Source: Podarcis filfolensis (taxonomy: Eukaryota). From it: a DNA stretch of 64,000 bases. This document shows, one piece after another, positions 11,339 through 23,690 of the stretch. The position numbers were made by a program, and so were the translations under genes. The DNA is taken from assembly GCA_964270895.1 (NCBI GenBank), contig OZ185435.1; one strand, written 5' to 3'. The stretch's first letter is position 1. Every line of letters starts with the position of its first letter. The notes below the pieces were generated by a model. That model saw only the letters and a list, made by a program, of their open reading frames with translations, had not been told where the DNA came from and ran no database searches.

Positions 11339-13389
11339 TGTTTATACTGGCCTCCTTCACACATGACATGTGAGCCTTCTAAGGTGGCACAGCCCTTTGT
11401 AGCACTCCCATAAATGCATGCATCATGTGCAGGTGCACAGAGCGAAAATGGCAGTCACTTTGCTACAGAGCAAAGCCATGGTTTGGGTTAGCATTAGGTA
11501 CAGACCTAGGTTCATGGTTTGTCTCACTCCAAACAAACCATGAGCTGTAGCCAATGTTTGTCCTTAGCTTACTGCTTGTGGTTTGTTGGTTAGAGACAGA
11601 CCACAAGCCTGGGTTTGCCCATGGCTTGGCTGCAGGTAGCAAAGCAGCCAAAGAACTTGAAGAGAAGTGGCTGTGGTTTTCACTCTGCACACATGTATGC
11701 TTGCTCGTTCATGCTTAGCCATGTTCTGGCTTAGCACTGCATGCAAAATGAGCCAGTGTGATATGGCAATATGTGGTGCATGCTGTTTTAAATACAAAGG
11801 CTTGGGGTGGGGGCCATTGGGAGATGGACATCATCCCCAGGACCATTATGTGGGCTGGACATAGCTAAATCTGGGAAAGCGTTTTCATAATAAGGGGATA
11901 TGGACTAATTAGCAATCATCGTTAAAAGAGCCACAGCTGATGCATTTGATATGACATGGTCATAAATTAAATTTTAGTACCTGTATTGTATTCCTGACAC
12001 AGATATGGACAAGGCATGGCTACTATCAGAGTGTGGCTGTTGTTTGTTGAATGAAGCAGTTATTGTTCCAAATTCTGGCTGATACCTTGACTGTGAGGAA
12101 TTAAGCGCCTGAGTGGTTTGAAACAGGAGAGAAGTAATTCTGGAAATGAGTTTTTACCTTCTGAAATTTCATCCCAATTATGCCTACCCAGGAAACGCCT
12201 CCCTAGCTTTTTAATTCAGTTAAGGTCCTCTGCATTGATCAGTGTGACTAAGCACCATCATTGACCTGGCTTCTGTTGTGCTGATTATGCCACAAGTATG
12301 TACGCAACACAGGATGTTTAAGGAGTAATCAGTAACATCACCCCATGCTTTAATGGGAGTAGAGACCTTGATGTCCTTCATTGGGCCAGATCTCCATACT
12401 GGCCCTAAATAAACAGCTGGTTCAATGGATGCTGCATATACTGCTCTACCAAATAGGAGATTCTCCATCCAGTTCCAGCTTGTCTGAGCTGTCTAGTCTG
12501 AGCCCAAAATGATAGCTGTAATTGAAGAGCTTGGGCTTACACTGCATGAGTTGGGCCTCTGGTTTTTCTTGAGGGTGAGGGTGGGGGTAGGAGGGATAGT
12601 AATAGAAGTTGCTACCGAGGTATGTGATGTAAATTAGTATCAGAATCCATCATACATCACCTCCAGCTATGTTTAAAAGGGATGTGTTAACTGCAGTGGG
12701 ACAGCTCTGTGCAAAAATTGGAAGGCAACAGCCAAACCCAAGGAAAGTAATGACTCAGAAAAGTAATGGAATTTGCTAACCTAGCCAGTACATTAACTGC
12801 ATAACAGGATTCTATTGCGTCTTACATTTCAGTGCTTGAAGAATAGAGATCTGTTGCTCATTACGTGTCAAATGTCCTCTCTATTGCTAATGTAGATCAC
12901 AAGTCTCTGAATGTCTTTTGAAAATGTTTTATTTTTATTTTTGATTACATTTTTGTTAGTGTTGTTAGCCCACATTATTTTACTTTTAATTTTGTGATAG
13001 CTATGTTTTGCTATAGGCATGTTATATTTTTAAAAATGGTGGGGAGCTAGAAATAGGGAAGAAGAGACTCGAGTAGCTTGAGCTCAGAGTTTATGATTTT
13101 GGGGTGAAGCAAAGGTAAATTTATATTTTCACAAAGGCTTTGTGGATTCTTCCTATTCCTCTTGTTTAAGACAGGTTAAAATATTTTAGCTCCCGGCACA
13201 TCGCTTATGACGCTGGTGTTCACTACAGTAAACACATACCATGTGGATGATTTTTCCACATCTTTAGACAAGTTTGCATCATGGACCTGTTAGGGTGCCC
13301 AAGCTCTTGTACACAAATGTTGAAAGATGAAGTTACATCTTTGCTGTGAGGAACACTGGTGCGCCTGCAGCAGTCAGCAGGGAAAGGAC

Positions 13390-13485
13390 CAAAAGTCAGT
13401 GGCAGAGCAGGAGGTCCCATGCAAGAGGTCCCAGATTCAATCCCTGCCATCTCCAGATAGGATTGGAAAGACTCCTATGGGGGGG
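13390..13485 (+). mobile_element. tRNA-derived SINE 5' fragment
   Basis: tcagtggcagagca...ggtcccagattcaatccctgccatctccag: A/B-box-like head. Confidence 0.6.
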
Positions 13486-13787
13486 GGCTGAGGGCTCCCC
13501 TAAAATTTTCAAGGAGGGGACTGGGCCCCCTCAATATTCCACAGGCTCACCTGGCCTATCCATGTCTGCAGCAGGCCTTAGGTGTACAACTGGCACCACC
13601 AGGAGATGGAGGTATTGCAATACTGCGATAGTCTTTCAGGGCTCCTGTCACCATTCAGGATTGTGTTGCACTATGTAATGTTTATATTCTCTCTCTGTCA
13701 CACACGTACATGCACACAGGCATACACCCACCCACACAGAATTGCCTCGGAGAGCTTGTGTATAGCCTAAATGTTGTTCTTCTGCAG

Positions 13788-13883
13788 TACAAAGGGAAAG
13801 CAAACCTGCATGTATTTGAAGACTGGTGTGGAGGAGCTGTTGGGCACCTAAGGAAGAACCTGCATTTCCCCCTCTATCCGCAT
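13788..13883 (+). CDS. B4GALNT4: B4GALNT4 exon ~4 ([32 protein letters not shown])
   Basis: tctgcag acceptor, CAT|gtaagt donor, 96 nt; strong family match. Confidence 0.97.
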
Positions 13884-14111
13884 GTAAGTACAAGTGATTC
13901 TGCAAGACAAAGAGGCCAGTTCCAGCATAACTTCCAGGAGGGAGGTTTCTGTTACTCTTTTTGTGTAGTAAATATCCGTAGCCACTGTTGCAGTAAATTT
14001 CCATTCTACTAGTAACTAGGGCATTTGACTTGATCTAAGTGCTAATGAAATCCACAAGTGTAGTTCCTTTGATTTCAGCAGGCCAGTATCAGGTATGGTA
14101 AGGTTTATCCA

Positions 14112-14250
14112 ATGAGGTGTGCTCCTTATGTTGCTGGACTGCAACTCCCATCATCCCTGACCATTGGGCCATGCTGGGTGGGGCTGATGGGTATTGGAGT
14201 CCCAACAAGATTTGGAGGGCACCACATTGACTGCCTCTGGGCTATGGTAT
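14112..14250. mobile_element. Palindromic MITE, same family as 9370-9498
   Basis: gttgctggactgcaactcccatcatccctgaccattgg...gggctgatggg...ttggagggcacca. Confidence 0.75.
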
Positions 14251-14679
14251 CCCATTCTCATGTTCACATCCTTGTGCCTGCCCCAGCTTTAAGACAGACA
14301 AAATCAAGGAGGCTGACTTACTTCCATGCAAGACACTGGCAATGCATTATTCCTATGATGATCCATCTGCTAAGGGCTCATACTACACATGGAAACATCT
14401 CAAATGAATCTCTCCAAAAGACACTTGAGTGGGAGGAGGAATTTGAAGAGGAGGCTTGGCGGATATAAATTATTCTCTATTTTCCAGTGTGTAAGCATGT
14501 TCACAAGATATTTTGATATCGTTTGAGCCAGGTTTTTGCAGGGAGCTGAGTAAATGCTGACTAGTGATGGGTCTACCAGCTTGTTATTGTATTGCTGTTT
14601 GATATATTTTAGCTGACGCTTCAGTTATTTAAACTTTTATTGTAGACAGCAACAAGAATCCACTGACAGCATACAAATC

Positions 14680-15078
14680 AATATGGCTAACTTGACCCAA
14701 CAATCCCCCCCTTCACACATGAAAAACAAATCTCACTGCAGCCACTAAAGATAATCAACCATGCCCTAGGCCCCCTCCACCTCTCCACCACTCCACCACT
14801 ACCAAGGAAATATAATAAGTGAATAGAAAGAGAACCTACCCAAGGGATGTTGATACAAAACACCACACATACACTAAGTAAAAGGATATAAGTTTTACCA
14901 CCCCAACCTCCCTCTCTCTCCCACTTCTTCCCTAACCTTATACTGCATACAACACTAATGTCTCACAACAAATGTAATTGATCTATAAAAAAACACAACC
15001 TGAAAAAAGAGACAATGCCTGTACTTTTGTAAATCATGAAAATCTTTAATAAAAATTATTTTTTATTTTTTAAAAAAA
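14680..15078 (+). mobile_element. Probable L1-type LINE 3' end
   Basis: A/C-rich body ending tgtaaatcatgaaaatctttaataaaaattatt plus an A/T tail. Confidence 0.45.
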
Positions 15079-15258
15079 CCCAAGTCTTTTATTGTATGGT
15101 TTGATAGTGTGCTGAGGTGTAACCTGCACTTGGAACAACAGAACTGATGAAGGGTTTGATAAATATTGAACAAATGAATATAGCATACATTTGCTCAAGG
15201 CCTGTGTTGTGGAATATTACATTCAAACATTCTCTTCCTCTTTTCTTCTGGCTCTTAG

Positions 15259-15349
15259 ACCCGCACAACAGTGAAAAAGTTGGCTGTGTCACCCAAGTGG
15301 AAGAATTATGGCCTCCGTATATTTGGGTACATCCATCCCTTCAAAGATG
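15259..15349 (+). CDS. B4GALNT4: B4GALNT4 exon ~5, PA14 domain ([30 protein letters not shown])
   Basis: ctcttag acceptor, G|gtgagc donor, 91 nt. Not in the supplied ORF track; translated by hand. Confidence 0.96.
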
Positions 15350-15848
15350 GTGAGCTGAATTAGCAACCCTTAGCTCTGTCTGCAAAGCTGCGCTTCATTG
15401 CTGAGATCTCACCTTCTTCCCACTCAGAGATACCTTTGCCTTAAAGAAAACCATATGCATATTGTTGCCCCTGCTCCTAATCTCTCACAGTGGGAGTTAT
15501 GGGAAACTGCAGAGGGACCCGCTCTCTGTTGCTCCTTTCTAGGTCAAGAGGCTTCATGCCATCAGAACGCCTCCAAATGTATCTCAGACTAGAGAAGTTC
15601 AGAAACTACCATCTCTGTCCCCCTTCCCCACATCCACCCATCAGTGACCAAGCATCATTCCAGGGGCTCTTGAGTCCCAAACCACGGCATTCAGTAGACA
15701 TTTGACACATTGACTTGAAAAGGCTTGTCTCTCTCAGCCACAACATGCGCAGCTCACCAGCACATGAAATCCTTATTGCTCAAGCCTCCTGCTCTCACCT
15801 GCTCCTGCAGTCCACCCTGCAGCTCAAATTTTCTTCTTTGCCTTGTAG

Positions 15849-15949
15849 GGGACTTCCAGTTTTCTGTAGCTTCAGATGACAACTCTGAATTTTGGCTCAG
15901 TCCTGACGAGACTCCAGCCAATGCCCGTCTGGTGGCATTTGTGGGCAAG
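15849..15949 (+). CDS. B4GALNT4: B4GALNT4 exon ~6, PA14 ([34 protein letters not shown])
   Basis: ccttgtag acceptor, AAG|gtggga donor, 101 nt; PA14 SDD motif. Confidence 0.96.
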
Positions 15950-17403
15950 GTGGGATCCATTTTTTGCTTTCTCTTAGCTTCTCACATTGTAATAGGAAGG
16001 CCGATAGATACACGTTAGTGCATTGTAGCATCTTTCCATGGATAGATGTGCTTCTTGCTGTCTTCTTACAAGCAATGCCATCAAGCAAGAAGCTGGGATA
16101 GTTAAATGTAAATGTAGCCAGTAGTATTGCCACTGGGAGCCATATAAACCTCGAGCCAACTCAGCTGTGATTCTTACATCTGGAGCCTGCATAATTAAAA
16201 CCTGGACCTATTATAACACAAAACACAAATACGCGTGTATATGAGTCTGTTCTAAATGCTGTTGTGTTTCGATAGTTAAGTTTTTCTGCAGCTGTGGCTC
16301 ACAACCTGAGCCTTACACCTGGTTCGCTCAGTAACACTGATTTCAAGGTTAAGCCTATGCACAGATGTGGCAGATATTTCTCTCCTTTTTCTGAATGGGA
16401 AGGTAAAGCTCTTATTTCCACGGTGGCTGCAGAGAGAGCCTGTTCCACAGCCATTTCTCTAGCAAGTAGAGAAATTATGGAAATAAGGAGCCCTTTTCGC
16501 CATATAAGGGGTGAGAAATGCACTTTGCCTTTTGATAGCCGGCAAAATGGTTTGGATTTAAAACATTAAACTTGGCTCATACCGTGAAAGCTTTGCTATG
16601 TTGGGAAGAAACAGGCTAAGGAGCACAGCTTGGAACTAATGAAAGTATTGTCAGGTGGAGAGATCGGCAGTATTTCAAGTTTCTGTTTAAGACTTCCCTC
16701 TGGTGCAATGTCTTAAAAATGCTTGAAAGCAACTCAGCAAGTGTTTCTTCGCCCATGTTGTCAGCGTTTCCCTCTGGTTTTGCTCCGGAGCTTGAGATTT
16801 CCTGTTCCCAGGGAGAAACTGCATTCCTGTGCCATATATAAGCAGAGAAATAGAGACCATGGATACAGAGATGATGCAGATACTCAGGCGAGTCCCATTT
16901 CTAAGGCCATTCAGCAAAATCAATTTCTTTGACAGAGATAGCAAAGTATGATTGTGGCCTCAGGGCATCACTTGCTTAGTGTTACTGTTGCCCTTGTGTT
17001 CAGTGCTAACAGCATGCAGGAGGTGATAAGGAATTAGTGCAGATTTCAGATTAGCGGGGTTAGACCTTTGACTAGGGTGGTTGCGGTTGTATATATTGTA
17101 TATGTCTCTGCGTGTCATGCAAGCAATGAATCTGATAGTAATGAATCTGTCCATTCTGCTGGTTTCCCAGACTCTGCCCCTAGTTTCACTCCATCACAAA
17201 CAGGATTGTTTTCATCACTGAAGTGTTGGAGGATATCATTTTAGGGGTTTATAGCTAATAAGTACTGAAAGAATTGTGTTTCATATTATGTTTTAAAGGT
17301 ATATCACCACTCCAACAGGCCTGTCTGTGTTTTGAACCCAAGACCTCTCACACACAACTTGAAAATGGTGGCCACATGACTTATAGGTTTTAGGCCCAAC
17401 CAA

Positions 17404-17755
17404 TGCACTGTGGTCTAAACCACAGAGCCTAGGGCTTGCCGATCGGAAGGTCGGTAGTTCGAATCCCTGCGACAGGGTGAGCTTCCATTATTCGGTCCCA
17501 GCTCCTGCCAACCTAGCAGTTCAAAAGCATGTCAAGTGCAAGTAGATAAATAGGTACTGCTTTGGCAGGAAGGTAAACGGCATTTCCGTGCGCTGCTCTG
17601 GTTTGCCAGAAGCAGCTTAGTCATGCTGGCCACATGACCCGGAAGCTGTCTGCGGACAAACGCTGGCTCCCTCGGCCAATAAAGCGAGATGAGCACATAA
17701 CCCCAGAGTCATCCACGACTGGACCTAATGGTCAGGGGTACCTTTACCTTTACCT
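17404..17755 (+). mobile_element. Sauria SINE, slightly 5'-truncated
   Basis: Diagnostic blocks cctagggcttgccgatc..aaggtcgg, cctgccaacctagcagttc, aagtgcaagtagataaatagg, (ACCTTT)n tail. Confidence 0.92.
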
Positions 17756-19375
17756 AATGCATGACAGTTGCAGACCTATGTCTGCTCTGAAGCCTAGGGG
17801 TGGAATGCCAATTAAGTCTCAAAGTGGGTATCTGTGTTAAATGCTGTTCTCACAACTGCCACTTTCCCCTCTTTTCAACTAGTGTTTATATCCTAGCCAA
17901 GTTCATTTCCAGCATCAGCATGGGGGCAGGGAGGAGAAAATCCTGTCAGATTAAGTGTAAGAATGAAGTGAGGAGGGAAGGAACCAATACCCTCCACTCC
18001 TTTGTGCCCCTTTGGGAGTTTAAATCTCTCTCCCCCCCCCCCCGCTCTTTCTCTCTCTCACACACATACACTCTCACACATTTGAAGGCATGGGCCTGCT
18101 GCCCTGATCTGTCATCTTACCCATACAACTCCTTACTTTCATCACTGCCCCACTGCTATTGCCACTTTCCCCTTCCCCCTTAAAAAATGCTTTTCTTCAT
18201 ATAAGTCAAACAACTCATATGCAACAAAAGAAACACTCCCCCATAGAAATTATGATGCAGCACAGAATATAGTCATGTTACATACCGCATCAAAGAAAAG
18301 AAAAAATCCAAATTATCCAATGCAATAAAATTAAAAATAGCACGGTATCAGAAATCAAACCAACCAAAAGATTTTATTTGTTGTGTCTTCAAGATTATGA
18401 GTGTCTAACCTTCCATTTGAAATTCTACCAGTTTCACAACTGCTCCCTTTTTCTCCAAACGTTTTAGCAGCGCCCGTCCCAGTATACTTCAAAGGCTGCC
18501 TCAGTATTTCTGAAAGGTTTGGCACTGTCAGGCTATTCCAAATAGATCTATAGTCTGCAGTGAGTCTCTCAAGCCACTGGTGGGTAAAAGCTGTTGCCAA
18601 GCAAAGATTGGAAATTTGTTTCACCATTTGATTGTTCTGCTAACAAATAAAAGTAAACAAAATTAAATCTTCAGCATGCACAGTCAAGAAATTCAATGCT
18701 GCAGGTCCCAGGACAGCTGTAGCTCACTCCCTTTCGTGCATTTTTAATGAAAGCTTAAAGGCCAGTGCTGAATCTTGTGCATTTGCAATAGAAAGGTACA
18801 AGCCCTGCAGGACTGTGGCAACGCCTTTTAACCTACTCATTATAGAGCTGTCTAGTCATGCAGACCACACTGTGAGAAAAAGCTTGTTTTTCCTTATATC
18901 AATTAACTCAGAGGTGACCTGATGGAAGGGATTCTCATTTGATCTAGTGGCTCGGGTTTTGTGTGCCTCATATTAATTGTTTAGGAAAACCTTAGTGATT
19001 TGATTTTTATAAGCGCTTTGTAGCACTAGATACAAAACAGACCAGATTAGACACAACTAGAAGATTGGAAATAAAATCACACAGTGACAGGAAGAAACGT
19101 CTACCAGTTGAATTATGACAGCATTATATGAAGGGCTTTCCCCATATTCCTCTTAGTATAATTTATTTGCTTAGGAAATTAGGCATGGTTGCTGTGAATC
19201 AGCTTCAAGCTATTCTCCTGAAATGTACTCAAAAACCATGTGGATTGTGATGTTCTAATCAACTTCGGCCAGTGCCATCCCTAATTTTCTTCTAGTTTTT
19301 GGGTATTGGTTTTGGCCTTTGATCAAAGATTGAATTTGGCCCCATATTCACATTCTTTCTCCTCTTCTTCTTTAG

Positions 19376-19443
19376 CTGGGCTCTGAGTGGACTGCCCCAG
19401 GAGAGTTCACAAAATTCAGCTCACAAGTTTCCAAGCCAATCCG
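19376..19443 (+). CDS. B4GALNT4: B4GALNT4 exon ~7, PA14 (LGSEWTAPGEFTKFSSQVSKPIR)
   Basis: Long pyrimidine tract + tttag, CG|gtaggt donor, 68 nt. Confidence 0.96.
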
Positions 19444-20884
19444 GTAGGTGTTGCTACCCTGTCCTTCTGCTCATTCTAGGCAGCTAAGGCTGCGCACACA
19501 CGTGAAGGTACTTTGAATGTGCTTAAAAGGTATAGTGTGTACACAACCTACATATGCCTACACCATGTCCATATTTTGTTGTAGACCTCCATGTGTGTGC
19601 GCGCGCACGTGTGCATGTGTGTGTCCCATCTATCTGACTTGGTTCCCCCAGCCACTCTGGGCTGTGAGCATGTGAGATGTAATGCTAGCAAACACTTGCC
19701 CATATCCCCCAGCATCTGATGTTAAATGTGGTGTGAGAATGCCCTCTCCAGAGCCATCCACACTATACTGCTGAAGCCGTAGATCACACACAACTCACAT
19801 ACGGAACTCACAGCCACAAGATGCAATGGTGGCCACTAGCTTAGATCACTTTTTTTAAAAAAAATTTTTTGACAAATTCATAGAGGATAGATCTCTCAAT
19901 GGTTTTTAGCTATGAAATTCCATGTTCACAAATAGTATACCAGCTTCTGGGGAGGCCTGTTGCCAGTTTGCTCCCAGAAGCAGCTGGCTCACCCATGCTG
20001 GAAACAGAATGCTGAACTTATCTAGTAGGTATGATAATATATTTAAACAAAGAGGCGTTACTAATATTTTTATACAATTGCAAGTGTATCTTATGAAATT
20101 GTGCATGTTTTTAGAAAGTGGTTTTTTTTCCATTTTAGCAAGTGAGCATATGTTACTTAGATCTCAACATCTTGTATATGCTTCATTGTTGGAGAGATAT
20201 AAAAGAAGGAAAGCTTATGTTCTGCTGGTGAAGCATGCAGGGTTGCCTTACTACACAGGGCACTTTGTGAAAACCTTGGTACAATTAACACAAATGGAAA
20301 CTGGTCCAGCTATATTTTGTGTCTCATTCACTACAATGGTGCAGAAACAAGACATCCAGATAGTATTGAAGGGCATGGAACAGCCAAGTCAGAAACCACC
20401 ATTCTTCTCTTCTTTATCCTTTATATCAGGGTGGCTAAGCTTCTGTGGCTTAAGGGCCCCTTTGAGTGTTTTCCCACTCCCTCGAGATCTGCATGCCCAC
20501 CAAGCCCATTTCACACACATGCATACACTCATGCAGCGCAAAGGGTAGGACAATCAGTTTACACACATAGACACACTCAGCAGTGTTTATGCTCTCTAGG
20601 GCAGTGCCTGCCCTGGGATAGTCTTCTGCCCTTGGGAGGAGGAACAAAGCCCCTTCTCTCTGTGGTATGGCACTATTGGTAGAAGGTCCTTAGACAGGAA
20701 ACTGGAAGGAATGCTTCTTCCTGTTTCTTTTGCCTCTCTAAAGCCTTCCAACAATGACACCAACTTTGTAAGAATGGTGCAGTACTGGACGGAGAAGGGG
20801 TCCTCTTCTAAAGGTAAAAAGACATGACGCCTCCCATCCCTGCATATCAGATCAGCAGAGACCTCTCCCAATGGTGGGGCACAA

Positions 20885-20903
20885 TAGCGCCACCTGCTGC
20901 CCA
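20885..20903 (-). promoter_or_regulatory. Strong CTCF motif
   Basis: The - strand reads TGGGCAGCAGGTGGCGCTA versus consensus TGGCCASYAGRKGGCRSYA: one mismatch. Confidence 0.65.
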
Positions 20904-21004
20904 AAAACACTCAGTTGAAAATAGTGGAGGCAAATCATTGGGGTTTTGCAGGCCACCAGAAATCACGGGTTAGCTACTCCTGCTTCATATAGCACTTGCC
21001 ACTT

Positions 21005-21125
21005 AGAACAACCCTGTGTGGTAGATACTTCTCCAGTTCTCAAATGGAAGCTGAGAGATGGTGACTTGTTCAAGGCCACACAGTGAGTTCTTGGCAGTGG
21101 GTGAGCCCAGGTCTCCCAGTCCCAA
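21005..21125 (-). mobile_element. CORE/MIR-like SINE remnant
   Basis: acaaccctgtg...gctgagagatggtgacttgttcaaggccacacagtgag...cccaggtctccc resembles the reverse of the MIR core. Confidence 0.6.
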
Positions 21126-21204
21126 GGCCAGCTCTCCCACAGGGCAATCTAAGGTGGGAAATCCATAATAGTTTCTGTAAACTTGCTTCTCCATGAGCCC
21201 TTTG

Positions 21205-21227
21205 CTCTCTCTCTCTCTCTCTCTCTC
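21205..21227. repeat. (CT)n microsatellite
   Basis: Seen directly. Confidence 0.95.
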
Positions 21228-22647
21228 CTCATTTCCGATCTCTTTGCATCTTTCTTTTCCTATAGCAACGCTCCTTTCCATTCCTCCTCCTCTTTGTCCT
21301 GTTTCCAGGCTTGTTGGTCTGAAGGTACTTCCTGTCTAGATTTGGTGCCTGTCAGCTCCCCCTTCCTGTTTCTTTGCCTCTCTCTTTTTGACACAGCCCT
21401 GGATGGAGCTGGCAGCTCTCGTCTGGGCCTCTCTTTGCCTGTGCTGTCAGTCCGCTGCTGAGCAGGAACTTCCATGGCATTCTGCAGTCTTTCCCTGTCC
21501 ACTCTGCATACCTCTTACTTGTTCTGTTCATGCACAACGAATGGCTGCAGAGACAGAGGCCCTTTTGCCCTACACCGGGAAAGAGGCTTTATTCAGCAGG
21601 CAGCTCCAGTGCTGTGAGCAGAGCTTGCGATGGTGGTGCTGAAGGAGGCCGCTGGGAAAGGCTGCTCAAGGTTATGAACTGCTCCCTTGCCGGTGGTGGC
21701 CCAAGGGCTGTTGTCATGTGCCCTGTATAAATATATTTGCAAACATTTTGGCATCGCCTCTTGTTTCTCTGCAATGTATCCTGTGTGCCATGCCCTCAGA
21801 TTGGCAGAAGGACAAATGTGAAGAGCAGGGCATGCAGAGTTTTCTTGCTAGGGTCAGGACATGAAGAGATCTGGAATAATAGTGGAGATGTGTGCTGAAT
21901 GCTTATTGCTTCCCTCAGCTGCTGGAAGAAAGAAATGAGGGAAGCTGTCCAAATGCAAAAAAGGGGGGGCTGGATGGGAGGAATATGAATGGACAAACAC
22001 CTGCTCTGAGAACAGAGGGGCCCAAACCAAGCCTCAATACTGGGCACATTGGCAGATTTTTCCAGCTTAAGTGCCATGCCTGCCCCTCAGCAGAACTAGT
22101 CAATGTGATCTCTGTCACTACCGATCAGTGTGATAGTACTGCTTAGTGGGAGAAATTCAGTATAGCGATAAGAGGATCACTCCATCAGTGCAAGCACTTT
22201 GATTGCACTGATACAACAATCTCCCCTTCCCTCCCCCCATGTGCTGTTCTAGGGATTCCCCCCCCCCCTTGCGCAAGCCAATTCCAGGGGCACAGGGGAA
22301 GATGGGAGGGAAGCAACATTGCGTTAGCAGAATCCTTGCATGGGCTTCTGCTAACAGGACCAGTTAGTTGAAGCCTGCCCAGTGTTAGGGTCCAGTGCAT
22401 GATGGGAAATGTGTCTTCTTAACCAGACATAAATAAATGAAACCAGGGATCTCTTGTCTCTTGAACCTCTGTGGGAGACGCATGGTGAATCTGCAGGTAG
22501 TTTCCCCATTTCAGCTTTAAAAGGCATTGAACTGAACTATTTTCCTCACTGATCTCTTTGAAATAGTCAGGATAAGCACCCGTATATGGTGCAGTGGATT
22601 TGCCATAAGAAAATACTCCCAATAGCAGTCCAGTAACATCTAGAGGA

Positions 22648-23005
22648 GGGACGCGGGTGGCGCTGTGGGTTAAAGCCTCAGTGCCTAGGACTTGCCGATC
22701 ATCAGGTCGGCGGTTTGAATCCCTGCGGCGGGGTGCGCTCCCGTTGCTCGGTCCCAGTGCCTGCCAACCTAGCAGTTCGAAAGCACCCCCGGGTGCAAGT
22801 AGATAAATAGGGACCGCTTACCAGCGGGAAGGTAAACGGCGTTCTGTGTGCTGCGCTGGCTCGCCAGATGCAGCTTGTCACGCTGGCCACATGACCCGGA
22901 AGTGTCTGCGGACAGCGCTGGATCCCGGCCTATAGAGTGAGATGAGCGCACAACCCTAGAGTCTGGCAAGACTGGCCCGAACGGGCAGGGGTACCTTTAC
23001 CTTTT
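22648..23005 (+). mobile_element. Full-length Sauria SINE with TSD
   Basis: Starts gggacgcgggtggcgctgtgggttaaa and ends tacctttaccttt; 14-bp TSD TAACATCT(A/G)GAGGA at 22634-22647 and 23006-23019. Confidence 0.95.
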
Positions 23006-23646
23006 TAACATCTGGAGGACCACAGGTTCCCTGTTACTCCTCTAAACAATCAAGATGGGGAGAGCCCAAGGTTTCCCTGTAACTGCTGTCATAGACTGTT
23101 GCCTGCAAGGGTTGTGGTTGGCTCATGAATAAGACATGAATAGGCCTTGCAAGATTTCTGGCACCCCTGTGGGGCTACCATTTAAAAGTGCTCAGTGTGG
23201 GGTGTGAATATACTTCGGATTCCCTTGCAGATGATTAGCTGGGAACAATTCAGTGCTGTAATCTAATTAGGGAGCCGATGAAAGGAAGTGGGAGGGAAGG
23301 GCGGGGACTGTTGGTGGTGGCAAGAATAGTTTGGGCACATTTGCCACACACAGTTCCTTGAAGCAGCTGATTGGAGTTCGGCCAGCTTGGAGAGCAAAAG
23401 CCTGCCTGGAGTATGTCCTGGAGTTCCCAAGGGAAATTTTGGAGATATTTTTTTCTCCTCTCCTCTTCCTTCTCCTCCAATTGAGCCACAGTTGTGGTGA
23501 GCAGGGCTTGGTGTTCTTGGTTTACACACCCTGGTTACACAGAGCAGTGATCTCACACACATGGCAAAAGAGATGGATTTGATTCTCTTTCCGTTACCTG
23601 ATGGATAATGGGACATAATAAGATATGAAAGGGGTGACACAGACAG

Positions 23647-23690
23647 GATTGATTGATTGTTTGTTTGTTTGTTTGTTTGTTTGTTTGTTT
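23647..23690. repeat. (GATT)3(GTTT)n compound microsatellite
   Basis: Seen directly. Confidence 0.95.

Noticed and set aside
16500-16509. Perfect CArG box CCATATAAGG
   Set aside because: Several are expected by chance in 64 kb and there is no supporting context.
19922-20548. 208-aa intronic + strand ORF
   Set aside because: Starts in a CR1 3' UTR remnant and resembles no protein I recognise. The length is only slightly above the longest chance ORF expected in six frames of 64 kb (roughly 180 codons).
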